The notes: generated by a model not told the origin, from the letters alone. A DNA stretch of 64,000 bases from Candidatus Poriferihabitaceae bacterium (GCA_965249835.1 CBDFMY010000003.1:358286-422285); one strand, 5' to 3'; positions 21,501 to 31,868 are shown, counted from the stretch's first letter. Program-made: numbers and translations.

Positions 21501-21710
21501 TTAATTGGCCTCCTCGACCACTTCCGTTGCTTCATTTATGGCTAACTCAATGTCACTAATTGAGAAGTTATGCTTCTCTTGCTCCGCTTTACTCGATCCA
21601 TCCTTACCGGTATCGACATAAAACTCCGCAAGTTGCGCTGCACTAGTTCGGTCCTCTGCGGTGATGGAAACTAAATATGCGCGGCTTAAAGACACTATGT
21701 ATTGTTTCAT
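21501..21710 (-). CDS. small acidic hypothetical protein (69 aa), first gene of the R-M-like cassette
   Basis: Its TAA stop lies 1 nt from the ATG of the downstream methyltransferase (TAATATG). I recognised no HTH. Confidence 0.45.
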   Translation of the reverse strand: MKQYIVSLSRAYLVSITAEDRTSAAQLAEFYVDTGKDGSSKAEQEKHNFSISDIELAINEATEVVEEAN

Positions 21711-21733
21711 GTGAAATTCTCCGAATTAAAATT

Positions 21734-22474
21734 GGGTCATGACAACTTTAGCGGCTTTTTTCTAAAGTCATCAAGCAAGACTTTATACCAATCCTGCCCT
21801 CTATTATTGAATCTAAACTCACATTCTTTAAGGTGTAAATTGAACATGCTTTTGTTCATCCCCTTAAACTTGACCAGACGTATTTTAGCATAGCCCCAAA
21901 AAGATTCGATGCCATTGATATGACTATTGCCTCGCACAAATTCATTCCGACCATGATGCACTCTGAAATGTTTCTTATAGCCAAAATCAACCAGACCATT
22001 ATAGCCGCGCCAACCATCAGAATGAATGACGCTGCCTATCTCTGTTTTACCTAAGATAATCCGCTGTAGCGTATATGCAGAGCAATCTGGCACTATTTCT
22101 GTATAGACCTTCCCCGCTCTTTTGAGCAAGCCAAATACAATGATTTTGCCCCGAGCGCCTCGACCACGCTTCCCTTTAATGCGTCTAGCCCCAAAATAAC
22201 TTTCATCCACTTCGATCTGCCCGGCTAATGGCTGAGAGGCTTGTCGGCAATGACTGACCATTCGTAACCGAATAGCGGTCAAGTATTTGTTGATGGTTTG
22301 CCGACTTAAACCGGTTAATTCTGCTATTTGCGTCGCCGTTAAATCCACGGAAAAAATATTTGATTAAATCCCTGAATTTCCTCTCTGACACATGGGAACG
22401 AATGACATACCTGTTTTTTACTTTCATAACAACACCTTACCATGATATTGACCATGCTAAAGTTGTCATGACCC
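21734..22474 (-). mobile_element. IS1595-family insertion sequence (741 bp)
   Basis: 19-bp perfect terminal inverted repeats (gggtcatgacaactttagc at 21734-21752 and its reverse complement at 22456-22474). 8-bp direct target duplication ttaaaatt at 21726-21733 and 22475-22482. Confidence 0.9.
21737..22427 (-). pseudogene. IS1595-family (ISXO2-like DDE) transposase, split by a +1 frameshift
   Basis: ORFs 22203..22427 and 21737..22348 join if one T is removed from the T6 run at 22351-22356 (KYF-S-VDLTATQIAELTG). The DDE_Tnp_IS1595 body reads EVDESYFG...HSDGWRGY...INGIESFW. Confidence 0.8.
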
Positions 22475-22481
22475 TTAAAAT

Positions 22482-23501
<1,020 letters not shown>

Positions 23502-24587
23502 TCATTGCTTCTTTGTCTTTTTCGCAGGTTTCTTTTTTGCGACCTTCTTTTTCGCCGTTTTTCTTGCGGGGCTTTTTGCTGCGGATTTTTTGCCGACCTT
23601 GCGCACCGGTCGCTTTTTACTCGCCGCTTTTTTCGCGGCCGTTTTCTTTTTGCTCGCGAGTGGAGATTTGTTCGGTGTTGGCACTTTCTTGGACACTTTC
23701 TTTGCCGCTTTCTTTTTGGTTGCCGTTTTACTCACGGGCTTGCTCGCAGTTTTTTTGGCAACTCTTTTATCGGTGGCTTTGTTTTTCGCGGCAACTTGCA
23801 CAGTCGCGCGCATGCTTCTCGCCGGAGTTTCCGGCGCGTTCGTTATGCGACTGATCTGACCACCGACGATGACCGTGCTGATTTCTTCATCGTGGGTTTG
23901 CGCGGCGGTTTCCAGCGGCGTGATTTCCAGCGGGCGGATTTCCAGATCAACGATATCGCAAATTTTTTGCTCGATTTCCGCGACCTCGCCGGTCGCCACC
24001 ACCGTGCGTAATTTGTGCTGTGCCTTGTAGTAGGCGAGCAGCGGAGCGGTTTGCCGGTTATATTCCTTAATTTTTCGCAGCGCGGTTCTGGCATTGCTGC
24101 GAGATTCGGAAACCACTTTGCCACCGCAGTTATCGCACTTGCCGCGGATTTGCGGTGGGGAAAAGTGACGATTATAAGCGGCACCGCACTGGTCGCACCC
24201 CTGCCGGCCGGTGATGCGCCGCATCAGTGTGTCGTCATCCACCTTGAGGTGGGCAACGATTTGCAATGCCCCGCCGTGTATGCCCAGCAGGGCATCCAGC
24301 GCCTGAGCCTGGGGAATGTCGCCCGGAAAGTCGTCGATGATGAATCCGCGTTTGCTGTCGCGTGCGCGCAACCGCTCTTCCAGCAACGCCATCACCACAT
24401 CAAAGGCAACCGGCTGCCCGGCGGCCACCGCTTCTTTGGTTTTGTTATCGAGTTTGTTGTCGTCCGCCGCCGCTGCTGCGCGTAGCAGACCACCCACGGA
24501 TATGCGCGGCACTCGATACTGTTTCGCCAGTAATTTCGCTTGTGTCCCCTTGCCGGAACCCGACGCGCCGAGGATCGCAATTCGCAT
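23502..24587 (-). CDS. divergent adenylate-kinase-like protein with a Cys4 lid and a C-terminal Lys/Ala/Pro-rich histone-H1-like tail
   Basis: The N-terminal ~215 aa align to Adk (MRIAILGASGSGKGTQAKLLA, LID CDQCG...CDNCGG, TAPLLAYY). The last ~130 aa are KKxAAKK-type low complexity. Confidence 0.75.
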   Translation of the reverse strand: MRIAILGASGSGKGTQAKLLAKQYRVPRISVGGLLRAAAAADDNKLDNKTKEAVAAGQPVAFDVVMALLEERLRARDSKRGFIIDDFPGDIPQAQALDALLGIHGGALQIVAHLKVDDDTLMRRITGRQGCDQCGAAYNRHFSPPQIRGKCDNCGGKVVSESRSNARTALRKIKEYNRQTAPLLAYYKAQHKLRTVVATGEVAEIEQKICDIVDLEIRPLEITPLETAAQTHDEEISTVIVGGQISRITNAPETPARSMRATVQVAAKNKATDKRVAKKTASKPVSKTATKKKAAKKVSKKVPTPNKSPLASKKKTAAKKAASKKRPVRKVGKKSAAKSPARKTAKKKVAKKKPAKKTKKQ

Positions 24588-24733
24588 GAGAGTAGTGTTG
24601 AGGGTTGGTGTCGGCGAGGAAATTTCGGGGCGTAAGCCTACTCGTTGTCGGCAATCAGGTCAACCGCAAAACTTCCGCGCGCCATACCGATTGAGCAGAT
24701 TTGATTGGCTACGCAATGACTTTGGGCTCGCAA

Positions 24734-25663
24734 CTATCGGTTTTTGCGGCGATGCGGCGGCGGTTCAATGTCGCGGGCGAGTGCCGTCCAATCGAATGTG
24801 CGGTCGCCACCGGCCAGAAACCACGGGTTGCGGATGCTTTCCTTGTTGTATTGCAGGGGTTCGCCGGACAGGGTGGTGAGGCTGCCACCGGCGGCTTCCA
24901 GCACGCATTGTGCCGCCGCGGTGTCCCATTCCGAGGTCGGGCCGAGGCGCGGATAAATGTCCGCCCGCCCTTCCGCCACCAGGCAGATTTTCAGCGAACT
25001 GCCCATGCCGGTGACTTCCACTTGCTCGGCTTCGGTGGCGAGGCGTTCGCGGTAGGTTTCCACCTCTGCGCCGGAGTGCGAGCGGCTGGCCATCATGATG
25101 GCTTTTTTACGGTTGAATTTTTTCACTTGAATGGCGGTTGTTTTGCCGTCGGCATCAACGCGGAACGCGCCTGTGTTTGCATCGGTCGGCGCGGCGTAGT
25201 AACTGACCCCGCAAACCGGCGCATACACCACGCCCAGCACCGGGTGATTTCCCTCGATCAAAGCGATGTTGACGGTGAACTGATCGCTACGCTCGACGAA
25301 TTCCCTGGTGCCGTCCAGCGGGTCTACCAGCCAGAAACGCTTCCATTCGCGTCTCTTTGCAAATGCATCGGCATCGGATTCTTCGGACAACAATGGAATG
25401 TCCGGGTCAAGGTCGCGCAGCCGCCGGTGAATGAGGTCATGGGCGCGGCGGTCGGCCTCGGTCAGCGGCGAACCGTCTCCTTTCATCTCGACCGCGAACT
25501 CGCTTGCATACACATCCAAAATTTCCGCGCCCGCGTCTATGGCAATGGCGATCACTTGCTGTAGTTTTTTGTTCACGTTGTTCTCGTTATTCACATTATT
25601 CACGGAGGTTGATGAAAAGATTGAGGGGTGAGCGCGGCGACGAGTAGCCACGAATGACCTCAT
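24734..25663 (-). CDS. cysQ: 3'(2'),5'-bisphosphate nucleotidase CysQ (inositol monophosphatase family)
   Basis: LSEES, WLVDPLDGTREF, ATGMGSSLK and EWDTAAAQ. The start is uncertain (ATG 25663 or GTG near 25576). The N-terminal NNVNNENNVN stretch is low complexity. Confidence 0.85.
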   Translation of the reverse strand: MRSFVATRRRAHPSIFSSTSVNNVNNENNVNKKLQQVIAIAIDAGAEILDVYASEFAVEMKGDGSPLTEADRRAHDLIHRRLRDLDPDIPLLSEESDADAFAKRREWKRFWLVDPLDGTREFVERSDQFTVNIALIEGNHPVLGVVYAPVCGVSYYAAPTDANTGAFRVDADGKTTAIQVKKFNRKKAIMMASRSHSGAEVETYRERLATEAEQVEVTGMGSSLKICLVAEGRADIYPRLGPTSEWDTAAAQCVLEAAGGSLTTLSGEPLQYNKESIRNPWFLAGGDRTFDWTALARDIEPPPHRRKNR

Positions 25664-25732
25664 CGAGTGTGAAATAATTCTCGGCTTGCGTCATCTGCGC
25701 CGAATGATGCCTGTAAAATCGTTGTTCCGCAA

Positions 25733-26926
25733 ATGCGCTTGACTCGGGCGCATGCTTCACACACATCACCCTACCTCACAAGCCGCGCCGCCTTGTCCTC
25801 ATCGCCCGAACATTTCCCGGACTCTCCTTTGAAGCGCTACCAGCGCCGGGTTGCCGATGGCGAGTTGCGTGCCGACCACGCCCAACTGGCAGCCATCCGA
25901 CAACTGGATGCCCTGCACCGGGCGCTGGTTTCCGGCAAACAAAAACCCGGCTTAGTGGCGCGTCTGCTGGCGCGTTTGTCGCGGCGTCAATGGTCGGGGC
26001 AGCGCGGCATTTATTTGTGGGGCGGGGTCGGCACCGGCAAGACTTTGCTAATGGATTCGTTTTATCGCGCGCTTCCCGAAACCTCGCCCGAGCCATTCGG
26101 CAAGCGCATTCATTATCATCGCTTCATGCAGTGGCTGCATGATGAAAAAAATCGCATCCATGAACGACAGAATCCGTTGGCGATTATCGCCGCGCAACTA
26201 GCGGCGCGCCATCGCGTGTTGTGCGTGGATGAATTTTCGGTGACCGACATTACCGATGCGATGCTTTTGTCGGGACTGCTGCAACATTTGTTTGATAATA
26301 ATGTCACCCTGCTCACCACTTCCAACACGCATCCCGATGATCTGTATCGAGACGGTTTGCAGCGCCAGCGTTTTTTACCGGCGATTGAATTGTTGAAGAG
26401 ACAAATGCAAATCGTCAAGGTTGACGGCGGCAATGACTATCGCATGGCGTATCTGCAATCCGGGACCTTGTATCTTGTGCCGCACGACCAAGCGGCGCGG
26501 CGCAAGTTGCGCACCAGTTTCATCCATCTGGAAGGCAACCTCGGCGACCGCCGCGACACGATAATTTTGTGCGGACGTGAAATAGACATCATCGCCACCG
26601 GTCGTGGCACGGTGTGGTTTGGGTTTGCCGCGTTATGCAACAGCAATCGTTCCAAACTCGATTACATTGAATTGTCAAAACGATTTCACACGGTGATGAT
26701 TGAAGACATTCCGATGCTTGACGCCGAACACGATGACGCGGCGCGACGCTTGATTGAATTGATCGATGAGTTATACGACCGCGGTGTTAACCTGATCGTG
26801 TCGGCGGCATGCGCGCCGCAACAGTTATACACCGGCACGCGATTGCGCCAGCCGTTCGAGCGCACCGCCAGCCGCCTGCGGGAGATGAGTTCACGCGCAT
26901 ATTTGGCGCGACCGCATTTGTTGTAG
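25733..26926 (+). CDS. zapE: cell division protein ZapE (AFG1-family ATPase)
   Basis: RGIYLWGGVGTGKTLLMDSFY (Walker A) and VLCVDEFSVTDITDAM (Walker B). Confidence 0.88.
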   Translation: MRLTRAHASHTSPYLTSRAALSSSPEHFPDSPLKRYQRRVADGELRADHAQLAAIRQLDALHRALVSGKQKPGLVARLLARLSRRQWSGQRGIYLWGGVGTGKTLLMDSFYRALPETSPEPFGKRIHYHRFMQWLHDEKNRIHERQNPLAIIAAQLAARHRVLCVDEFSVTDITDAMLLSGLLQHLFDNNVTLLTTSNTHPDDLYRDGLQRQRFLPAIELLKRQMQIVKVDGGNDYRMAYLQSGTLYLVPHDQAARRKLRTSFIHLEGNLGDRRDTIILCGREIDIIATGRGTVWFGFAALCNSNRSKLDYIELSKRFHTVMIEDIPMLDAEHDDAARRLIELIDELYDRGVNLIVSAACAPQQLYTGTRLRQPFERTASRLREMSSRAYLARPHLL

Positions 26927-27146
26927 CGCGAGAATGGTTGTATTTCACGACCTGCTACAGCCCGTAGTACAAAATTAAAACGCGTTACTTGTGCGAAAAC
27001 TCACAGACCGCAACAAACCACCGGATTACAGTGCGCCAGCGATGCAGGAAGCAACTTTGATTTCATGCATCACCGGAGCCGGCGCGAGGCACCTTTTGAT
27101 TGCTTCGCAACGGCATTATTTTTGACACAGGAAAAGGAGTAATATC

Positions 27147-27545
27147 ATGAATAAAGTTAATACCGCGCCGGTTGTTGGGCGCAACTTCGTACGATTTTTT
27201 CAGTATGCGCTGACCGCTTTGATGCTGACCGCATTTTCCGGCGCGGCGCTCGCCGAAAAAATCAACCTCAACACCGCCGACGCCGAGGCGTTGCAGTATA
27301 TTCCCGGCATCGGCCCCGGCAAGTCCGCGGAAATCATCCGCGTGCGCGAGGAGACCGGCGGCTTCAACACTATCGAAGACCTGCTGGCGGTGCCCGGTAT
27401 CGGCGAGAAAATCTTGCTGGATATCCAGCAATTCGGTGCGCTGAACGATGGCGTATCCGCTCTCACCGAAGAGATGGAAGCCAACCCGCCGAAGAGCGTG
27501 TCGGCGAAACAAAAAACCGCCGATGGAACTGGTGCCAGCAGTTAA
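27147..27545 (+). CDS. comEA: ComEA-family helix-hairpin-helix DNA-binding protein (secreted)
   Basis: Signal peptide, then INLNTADAEALQYIPGIGPGKSAEII...LLAVPGIGEKIL. Confidence 0.85.
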   Translation: MNKVNTAPVVGRNFVRFFQYALTALMLTAFSGAALAEKINLNTADAEALQYIPGIGPGKSAEIIRVREETGGFNTIEDLLAVPGIGEKILLDIQQFGALNDGVSALTEEMEANPPKSVSAKQKTADGTGASS

Positions 27546-27569
27546 AAATACTTACTGCTGCACGTCATG

Positions 27570-27597
27570 GGGGACCGGCAACGGTCCCCTTTTTTTT
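27570..27597 (+). terminator. rho-independent terminator after comEA
   Basis: ggggaccg-gcaa-cggtcccc followed by T8. Confidence 0.85.
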
Positions 27598-27764
27598 ATG
27601 CAAGCGGTGTAGTGACGGCCATCAATGCCGTAAAACCGAAAGCGTTATTGTATAGGCACATTTATTATTGGCCGGGCAATCCAGTGGATTATGTCGTCCG
27701 GCGTAGCCGGACTCATTTGCGGCGAAGCCGCCAGCTTTGTGTCCGACTGTGTCGGGCTCTTCAT

Positions 27765-28826
27765 TCACAGCAATCCAAGCGGGTCATGCGGGTCGACGCC
27801 GTCCATGAAAACCTTGCCGCGGTCGCGGTGGGAAACCTGATAAACCAGTCCCAGCCAGTTGTTGATGATTGCCTTGCCGGTGTCGCTCCAGGTGTTGTCG
27901 ACCCACTTCAACACTTCCACTTCGGGAAACTCCGGCAGGTTGGCGTAGTCGCCGTTGGCCGCCAGCGCCTGCTGTTTGTATTCGTTCACCAATCGCTCGG
28001 CCTCGCCGTAAAAATAATTTTCCGGAAATGGCGGGTAATCGCGAATGCCTTCGATGAAACGCCCGACTTCGCGGCGATATTCTTTCAGCAGACTGATCGA
28101 ATCGTATTCCGGATGCCCTTGAAAAAACACGAAGCGCAAGCCGTCGGGGCTGACGCCAAGATGCAAGTCGGCTTGTTCGCCGGATGCCAGCACCAACAGA
28201 TTGGCTTGTTTGAATTGCTCGGCATTAACCTCATACACATGAGAATGTGGCGCATCAAAACGGGTGTTGATGTTGGCGACCAGCGGGTGTTGCGAAGTAA
28301 TCCGGTTTGAATACACCCCCCAGCGTTTTTGCGGCAACGGATACCGCTCGATATTCCAAAACAACTGCACGATGGCATGAGTCGCAAGGCACGAGCACAT
28401 CACCGAGCAAACATTGTCGCGCGCCCAGCGCACCGTTTTTTCCAGCGGCGACCAGAACGGCTCCTTTGAAAAGTCCGACTCGGCCGGATTGGCACCGGAG
28501 ATAATCAGTGCATCCAATCCCTCCCGCTTCAGTTGATCGAAATCGCGATAGTATTTTTCGATGTGCGCACGGGTTTTTTCATCCCGAGGAATTTCCGCGA
28601 AGGTGAACGGATACACATAAAACTGCGCGATGCGATTGCACGAACCAACCAGACGCAGGAACTGCCGCTCGGTTGCCTGCAACGCGGCATCGGGCATCAT
28701 GTTGAGAAAACCGATGTGCAGTTCGCGGATGTCCTGAGTGTGAGCACGTTGCGGCTGCAGAACTTCCTGCCCCTCTTCGCGCAGACGCCGGAAACTGGGC
28801 AGACCGGAATGGGCGACCAGCGGCAT
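27765..28826 (-). CDS. metA: homoserine O-acyltransferase MetA (MetA family)
   Basis: ATG at 28826 (MPLVAHSGLPSFRRLREEG) is colinear with the E. coli MetA N-terminus. HIGFLNMMP and GHPEYD are present. Confidence 0.88.
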   Translation of the reverse strand: MPLVAHSGLPSFRRLREEGQEVLQPQRAHTQDIRELHIGFLNMMPDAALQATERQFLRLVGSCNRIAQFYVYPFTFAEIPRDEKTRAHIEKYYRDFDQLKREGLDALIISGANPAESDFSKEPFWSPLEKTVRWARDNVCSVMCSCLATHAIVQLFWNIERYPLPQKRWGVYSNRITSQHPLVANINTRFDAPHSHVYEVNAEQFKQANLLVLASGEQADLHLGVSPDGLRFVFFQGHPEYDSISLLKEYRREVGRFIEGIRDYPPFPENYFYGEAERLVNEYKQQALAANGDYANLPEFPEVEVLKWVDNTWSDTGKAIINNWLGLVYQVSHRDRGKVFMDGVDPHDPLGLL

Positions 28827-28830
28827 GTCG

Positions 28831-29679
28831 TTAGCCTCCGGCGCCGTCGATGGCGTCGCATACCAGTTCGACGAAATCGGCCTCGTCGCGCAATTCAAAA
28901 ATTCGTTTTGCGTCTATGGTGTGCCCGTGGCGGTCGGCGAGTTTCTGATATTTTGGCCGGCGGTATTCAATTAATTTGGGAAGCAACCATTGCACGAGTT
29001 CGTCCGGGACGAGTTCGTCGACGGATTTCAATCGATTGCTTTCGATAAATTCGGGCAGGTGCAGTTCAAGAAATTTATCTTCGTAACACATCGGCTTGGG
29101 ATGCGCGCGCGCGCGTTCCACCAGCGTCTGCTCCATGTCTTCGCTCGCCTTGAAATACAACATCACGGTTTTTTGCGACAAAAAATTCCAACATTCGCGA
29201 TCGTTTAATTCGCAGATGCTACCACCGGCGTCGTTGAGAAAATTCGGATAGCCGTAAATGTTGCGCGCCTTTGCCATGAAGTGTCCGACATCGTGCATCG
29301 CGTTCACTTCGGCGGCGCGAAATAATTTTTGTCGGCGTTTGAATTCGGCAACGCTCAAGCCGCCCAGTTGCGGGTTGCCAATCTTGCCGAGAAAATGCGA
29401 GATTATTCTCAGGTTGTTAATCGAGATGTTGGTGCGGATGTAAATGAGATCACGCCGAAACAAATCGCATAAAAATTCCTGCTCCATGGCTTTGCTCTTG
29501 ATGAAATCTCGAATCGGCTCGTTCAAGTAGCGCGTACCGATGCGATAGTCGCCGGAATAATGAAACCATTTGTCCCTCGGCAACACATGGGCGAGCGTGG
29601 TTTTGCCGATGCCGGACATGCCGAGCAAAGTTACGGCTTTGTTTTGCCATCGGCGAAATTCAGCACTGGTTTTTTTCAT
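28831..29679 (-). CDS. P-loop NTPase / kinase-like hypothetical protein
   Basis: Walker A LLGMSGIGKTTL. The stop lies 4 nt before the metA ATG. I could not name a family. Confidence 0.55.
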   Translation of the reverse strand: MKKTSAEFRRWQNKAVTLLGMSGIGKTTLAHVLPRDKWFHYSGDYRIGTRYLNEPIRDFIKSKAMEQEFLCDLFRRDLIYIRTNISINNLRIISHFLGKIGNPQLGGLSVAEFKRRQKLFRAAEVNAMHDVGHFMAKARNIYGYPNFLNDAGGSICELNDRECWNFLSQKTVMLYFKASEDMEQTLVERARAHPKPMCYEDKFLELHLPEFIESNRLKSVDELVPDELVQWLLPKLIEYRRPKYQKLADRHGHTIDAKRIFELRDEADFVELVCDAIDGAGG

Positions 29680-29722
29680 GGCGATTGAAACGCACGCAAA
29701 AGAAGCAAGCAAGCGGGTGATT

Positions 29723-30535
29723 TTACCCGAAGATCAGTAGCAAAATCACACCGAGAACCACGCGATAAATCACGAACGGCAACAGGCTGTGACGCCGAAG
29801 AAAAAATAAAAACCAGTGGATGCAACCGAGCGCCACCGTGGCCGAGACCAGGGTGGCGAAAATCAGAAGGTCCCAGCGCACCGGCGTGTCGTCGGCAATC
29901 AGGCCGCGGCTCTGCCAAAGTCCGGCAAGCACGATTACCGGTATCGCCATCAAAAACGAAAGACGTGCGGCGGCTTCGCGGCCAAGCCCCAGAAGCAGAC
30001 CGGCGGAGATGGTAACGCCCGAACGCGAGGTGCCGGGAATCAGCGCCAGTGCCTGAGCGCAACCGAGCACCACGGCGTCCTTCCATCTCACATCCTCAAG
30101 GCTTCGCCGCTTTGGCCCCAGCCAATCCGCCAGCCCCAGCAAAATACCAAACACCAAAGTGGCAACCGCCACCGGAAGCGGCGCACGCAACACGCTATTG
30201 ATGACCTCTTCGAATAACAACGCGGCGATGCCGGTGATGGCGGTGGCGATAACGATCGACCACGCCAGTCGACTGTGATGCGTGACCGGACCGCCGCGCA
30301 GAGAACCAAACCAATCGGCCAGAATTTTGCGCACATCCGAATGAAAATAGATGAGCACCGCCAGCAGCGTGCCGATGTGCGCCGCCACATCAAAGTCGAG
30401 TCCCTGATCGTGCCAACCCGCCAGTCGCGGCAATAGCACCAGATGACCGGAACTGGAAACCGGCAGGAACTCGGTAAGCCCCTGAAGCAGCGCGAGATAA
30501 AAAGATTGCAGGTATTCGTTCATTGCATCGTCCAT
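29723..30535 (-). CDS. uppP: undecaprenyl-diphosphate phosphatase
   Basis: GLTEFLPVSSSGH, PGTSRSG and eight hydrophobic segments. Confidence 0.92.
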   Translation of the reverse strand: MDDAMNEYLQSFYLALLQGLTEFLPVSSSGHLVLLPRLAGWHDQGLDFDVAAHIGTLLAVLIYFHSDVRKILADWFGSLRGGPVTHHSRLAWSIVIATAITGIAALLFEEVINSVLRAPLPVAVATLVFGILLGLADWLGPKRRSLEDVRWKDAVVLGCAQALALIPGTSRSGVTISAGLLLGLGREAAARLSFLMAIPVIVLAGLWQSRGLIADDTPVRWDLLIFATLVSATVALGCIHWFLFFLRRHSLLPFVIYRVVLGVILLLIFG

Positions 30536-30548
30536 TACTTTTATGAAT

Positions 30549-31745
30549 TCATAATCGCCCGCGGCGGTCTTTCATGGAAAATCCGCTCAGGGCGCGTGAA
30601 TAATTTCGGCTAAGCGCGAGCACCTTGAAGAGTTCGCCCATTTCATGGGGCATGGTTAGTTTTTGAATTTCCTGCGACATCGTCAGCGATGTTTTAATGT
30701 CGTTGTCATTGTCGTAATGCGCCTGAATAAAATCCAATGCGCCGAGCGATAACAAAAACGCACCTTGCGAAGTGAAACCGGCGACCGCCATCTCCACCTC
30801 CTGCGCGGCACCGGCAATCGCGGTGAAGTCTATATGCACCGAAATGTCCTGCAACCCGGGATAGAAAAACGGATCATCGTGGGCGACATGGCGATAATGA
30901 CACATCAAAGTTCCCTCGCGGCGTTCGCGATGATAAAACTCGCGGCGCGGGAAACCATAATCAATCAGCAACAGGACGCCGGTGTTTATTTTCTCGCCCA
31001 CGGAGCGAACCCACGATTCAGCGCGCAAATCGATTTCACTTTGATAGCCTTCGGTCAAATCGTATTCTGCCAGGCGTTCCTGCAAATTTTCCGGCAACGC
31101 TTCGGATTTCGCCCAATGAAATTGGTCGCCCTCAACACCAACGCCGAGGGCGCACGCCACACCTGCGGCATCCACTTCAAAGCGCATCGCCGGCATCGCA
31201 TCGAGCACTTCGTTGGCGAGCACCACGCCGTCAAACCGGTCTGGTGGCAATTGCTCAAGCCAGCGAACGCGCGCGCCCAGCGGACCGCAACGCGTGGCGA
31301 TGGTTTCCCGCTGTCGGGCGCGCAGTGCCGCACTGGTCTCAAGGATGAAGTAATGATCGGGCACCCGTCCATGCGCATCCATGGCGCGCAACAAATCGGC
31401 GGCCAGATGGCCGGTGCCGGCGCCGAACTCCAACACATCGCCGTGGCCGATTTCCGACAACACTTCACCGCATTGCCGGGCAAGGCAACGCGCCAGCACA
31501 TCGCCCAGAAGTGGCGCGGTCGTAAAATCGCCGGCGCGGGTGCCGGACAAATCGCCGGCCAAGTCATCGGCATGGGCGAACTTGGGCAGGTCGTTGTTAT
31601 AGTAGCCGAGCCCCGGCGCATACAACGCCTGCTGCATGAATTGATCGAAACCAATCCAGCCGTGATGGCGCGTGATGTTCTCGCGAATGCGGTCGCAGAG
31701 TTGCGCCGAATGTCGCCGCCCTTGCGCCCCGGGTTCGGTCAGCAT
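30549..31745 (-). CDS. class I SAM-dependent methyltransferase, MidA/NDUFAF7 (DUF185) family
   Basis: YYNN...DFTTAP, VLEFGAGTGHLA and VVLANEVLDAMP. Confidence 0.8.
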   Translation of the reverse strand: MLTEPGAQGRRHSAQLCDRIRENITRHHGWIGFDQFMQQALYAPGLGYYNNDLPKFAHADDLAGDLSGTRAGDFTTAPLLGDVLARCLARQCGEVLSEIGHGDVLEFGAGTGHLAADLLRAMDAHGRVPDHYFILETSAALRARQRETIATRCGPLGARVRWLEQLPPDRFDGVVLANEVLDAMPAMRFEVDAAGVACALGVGVEGDQFHWAKSEALPENLQERLAEYDLTEGYQSEIDLRAESWVRSVGEKINTGVLLLIDYGFPRREFYHRERREGTLMCHYRHVAHDDPFFYPGLQDISVHIDFTAIAGAAQEVEMAVAGFTSQGAFLLSLGALDFIQAHYDNDNDIKTSLTMSQEIQKLTMPHEMGELFKVLALSRNYSRALSGFSMKDRRGRL

Positions 31746-31868
31746 CAGCGGAGTCGGGTCGGGATAATTACCCGGGCGATGCTACAATGGTCGCCGCTTG
31801 GTATCATGTTTTTTGGCATTGCGGATTATGGGTCGCACTCAATCCAAGCAGATGAATACGAGTAGATT

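Noticed and set aside
26927-27146. Intergenic regions scanned by eye for tRNA, rRNA or tmRNA-like sequences (also 40801-40994, 41208-41418 and the repeat blocks).
   Set aside because: I saw no T-loop (GGTTCGAATCC-like) or cloverleaf arrangement. The only ggttcgaa string (about 19507) lies inside a coding region. Small RNAs cannot be excluded without tRNAscan or Infernal.
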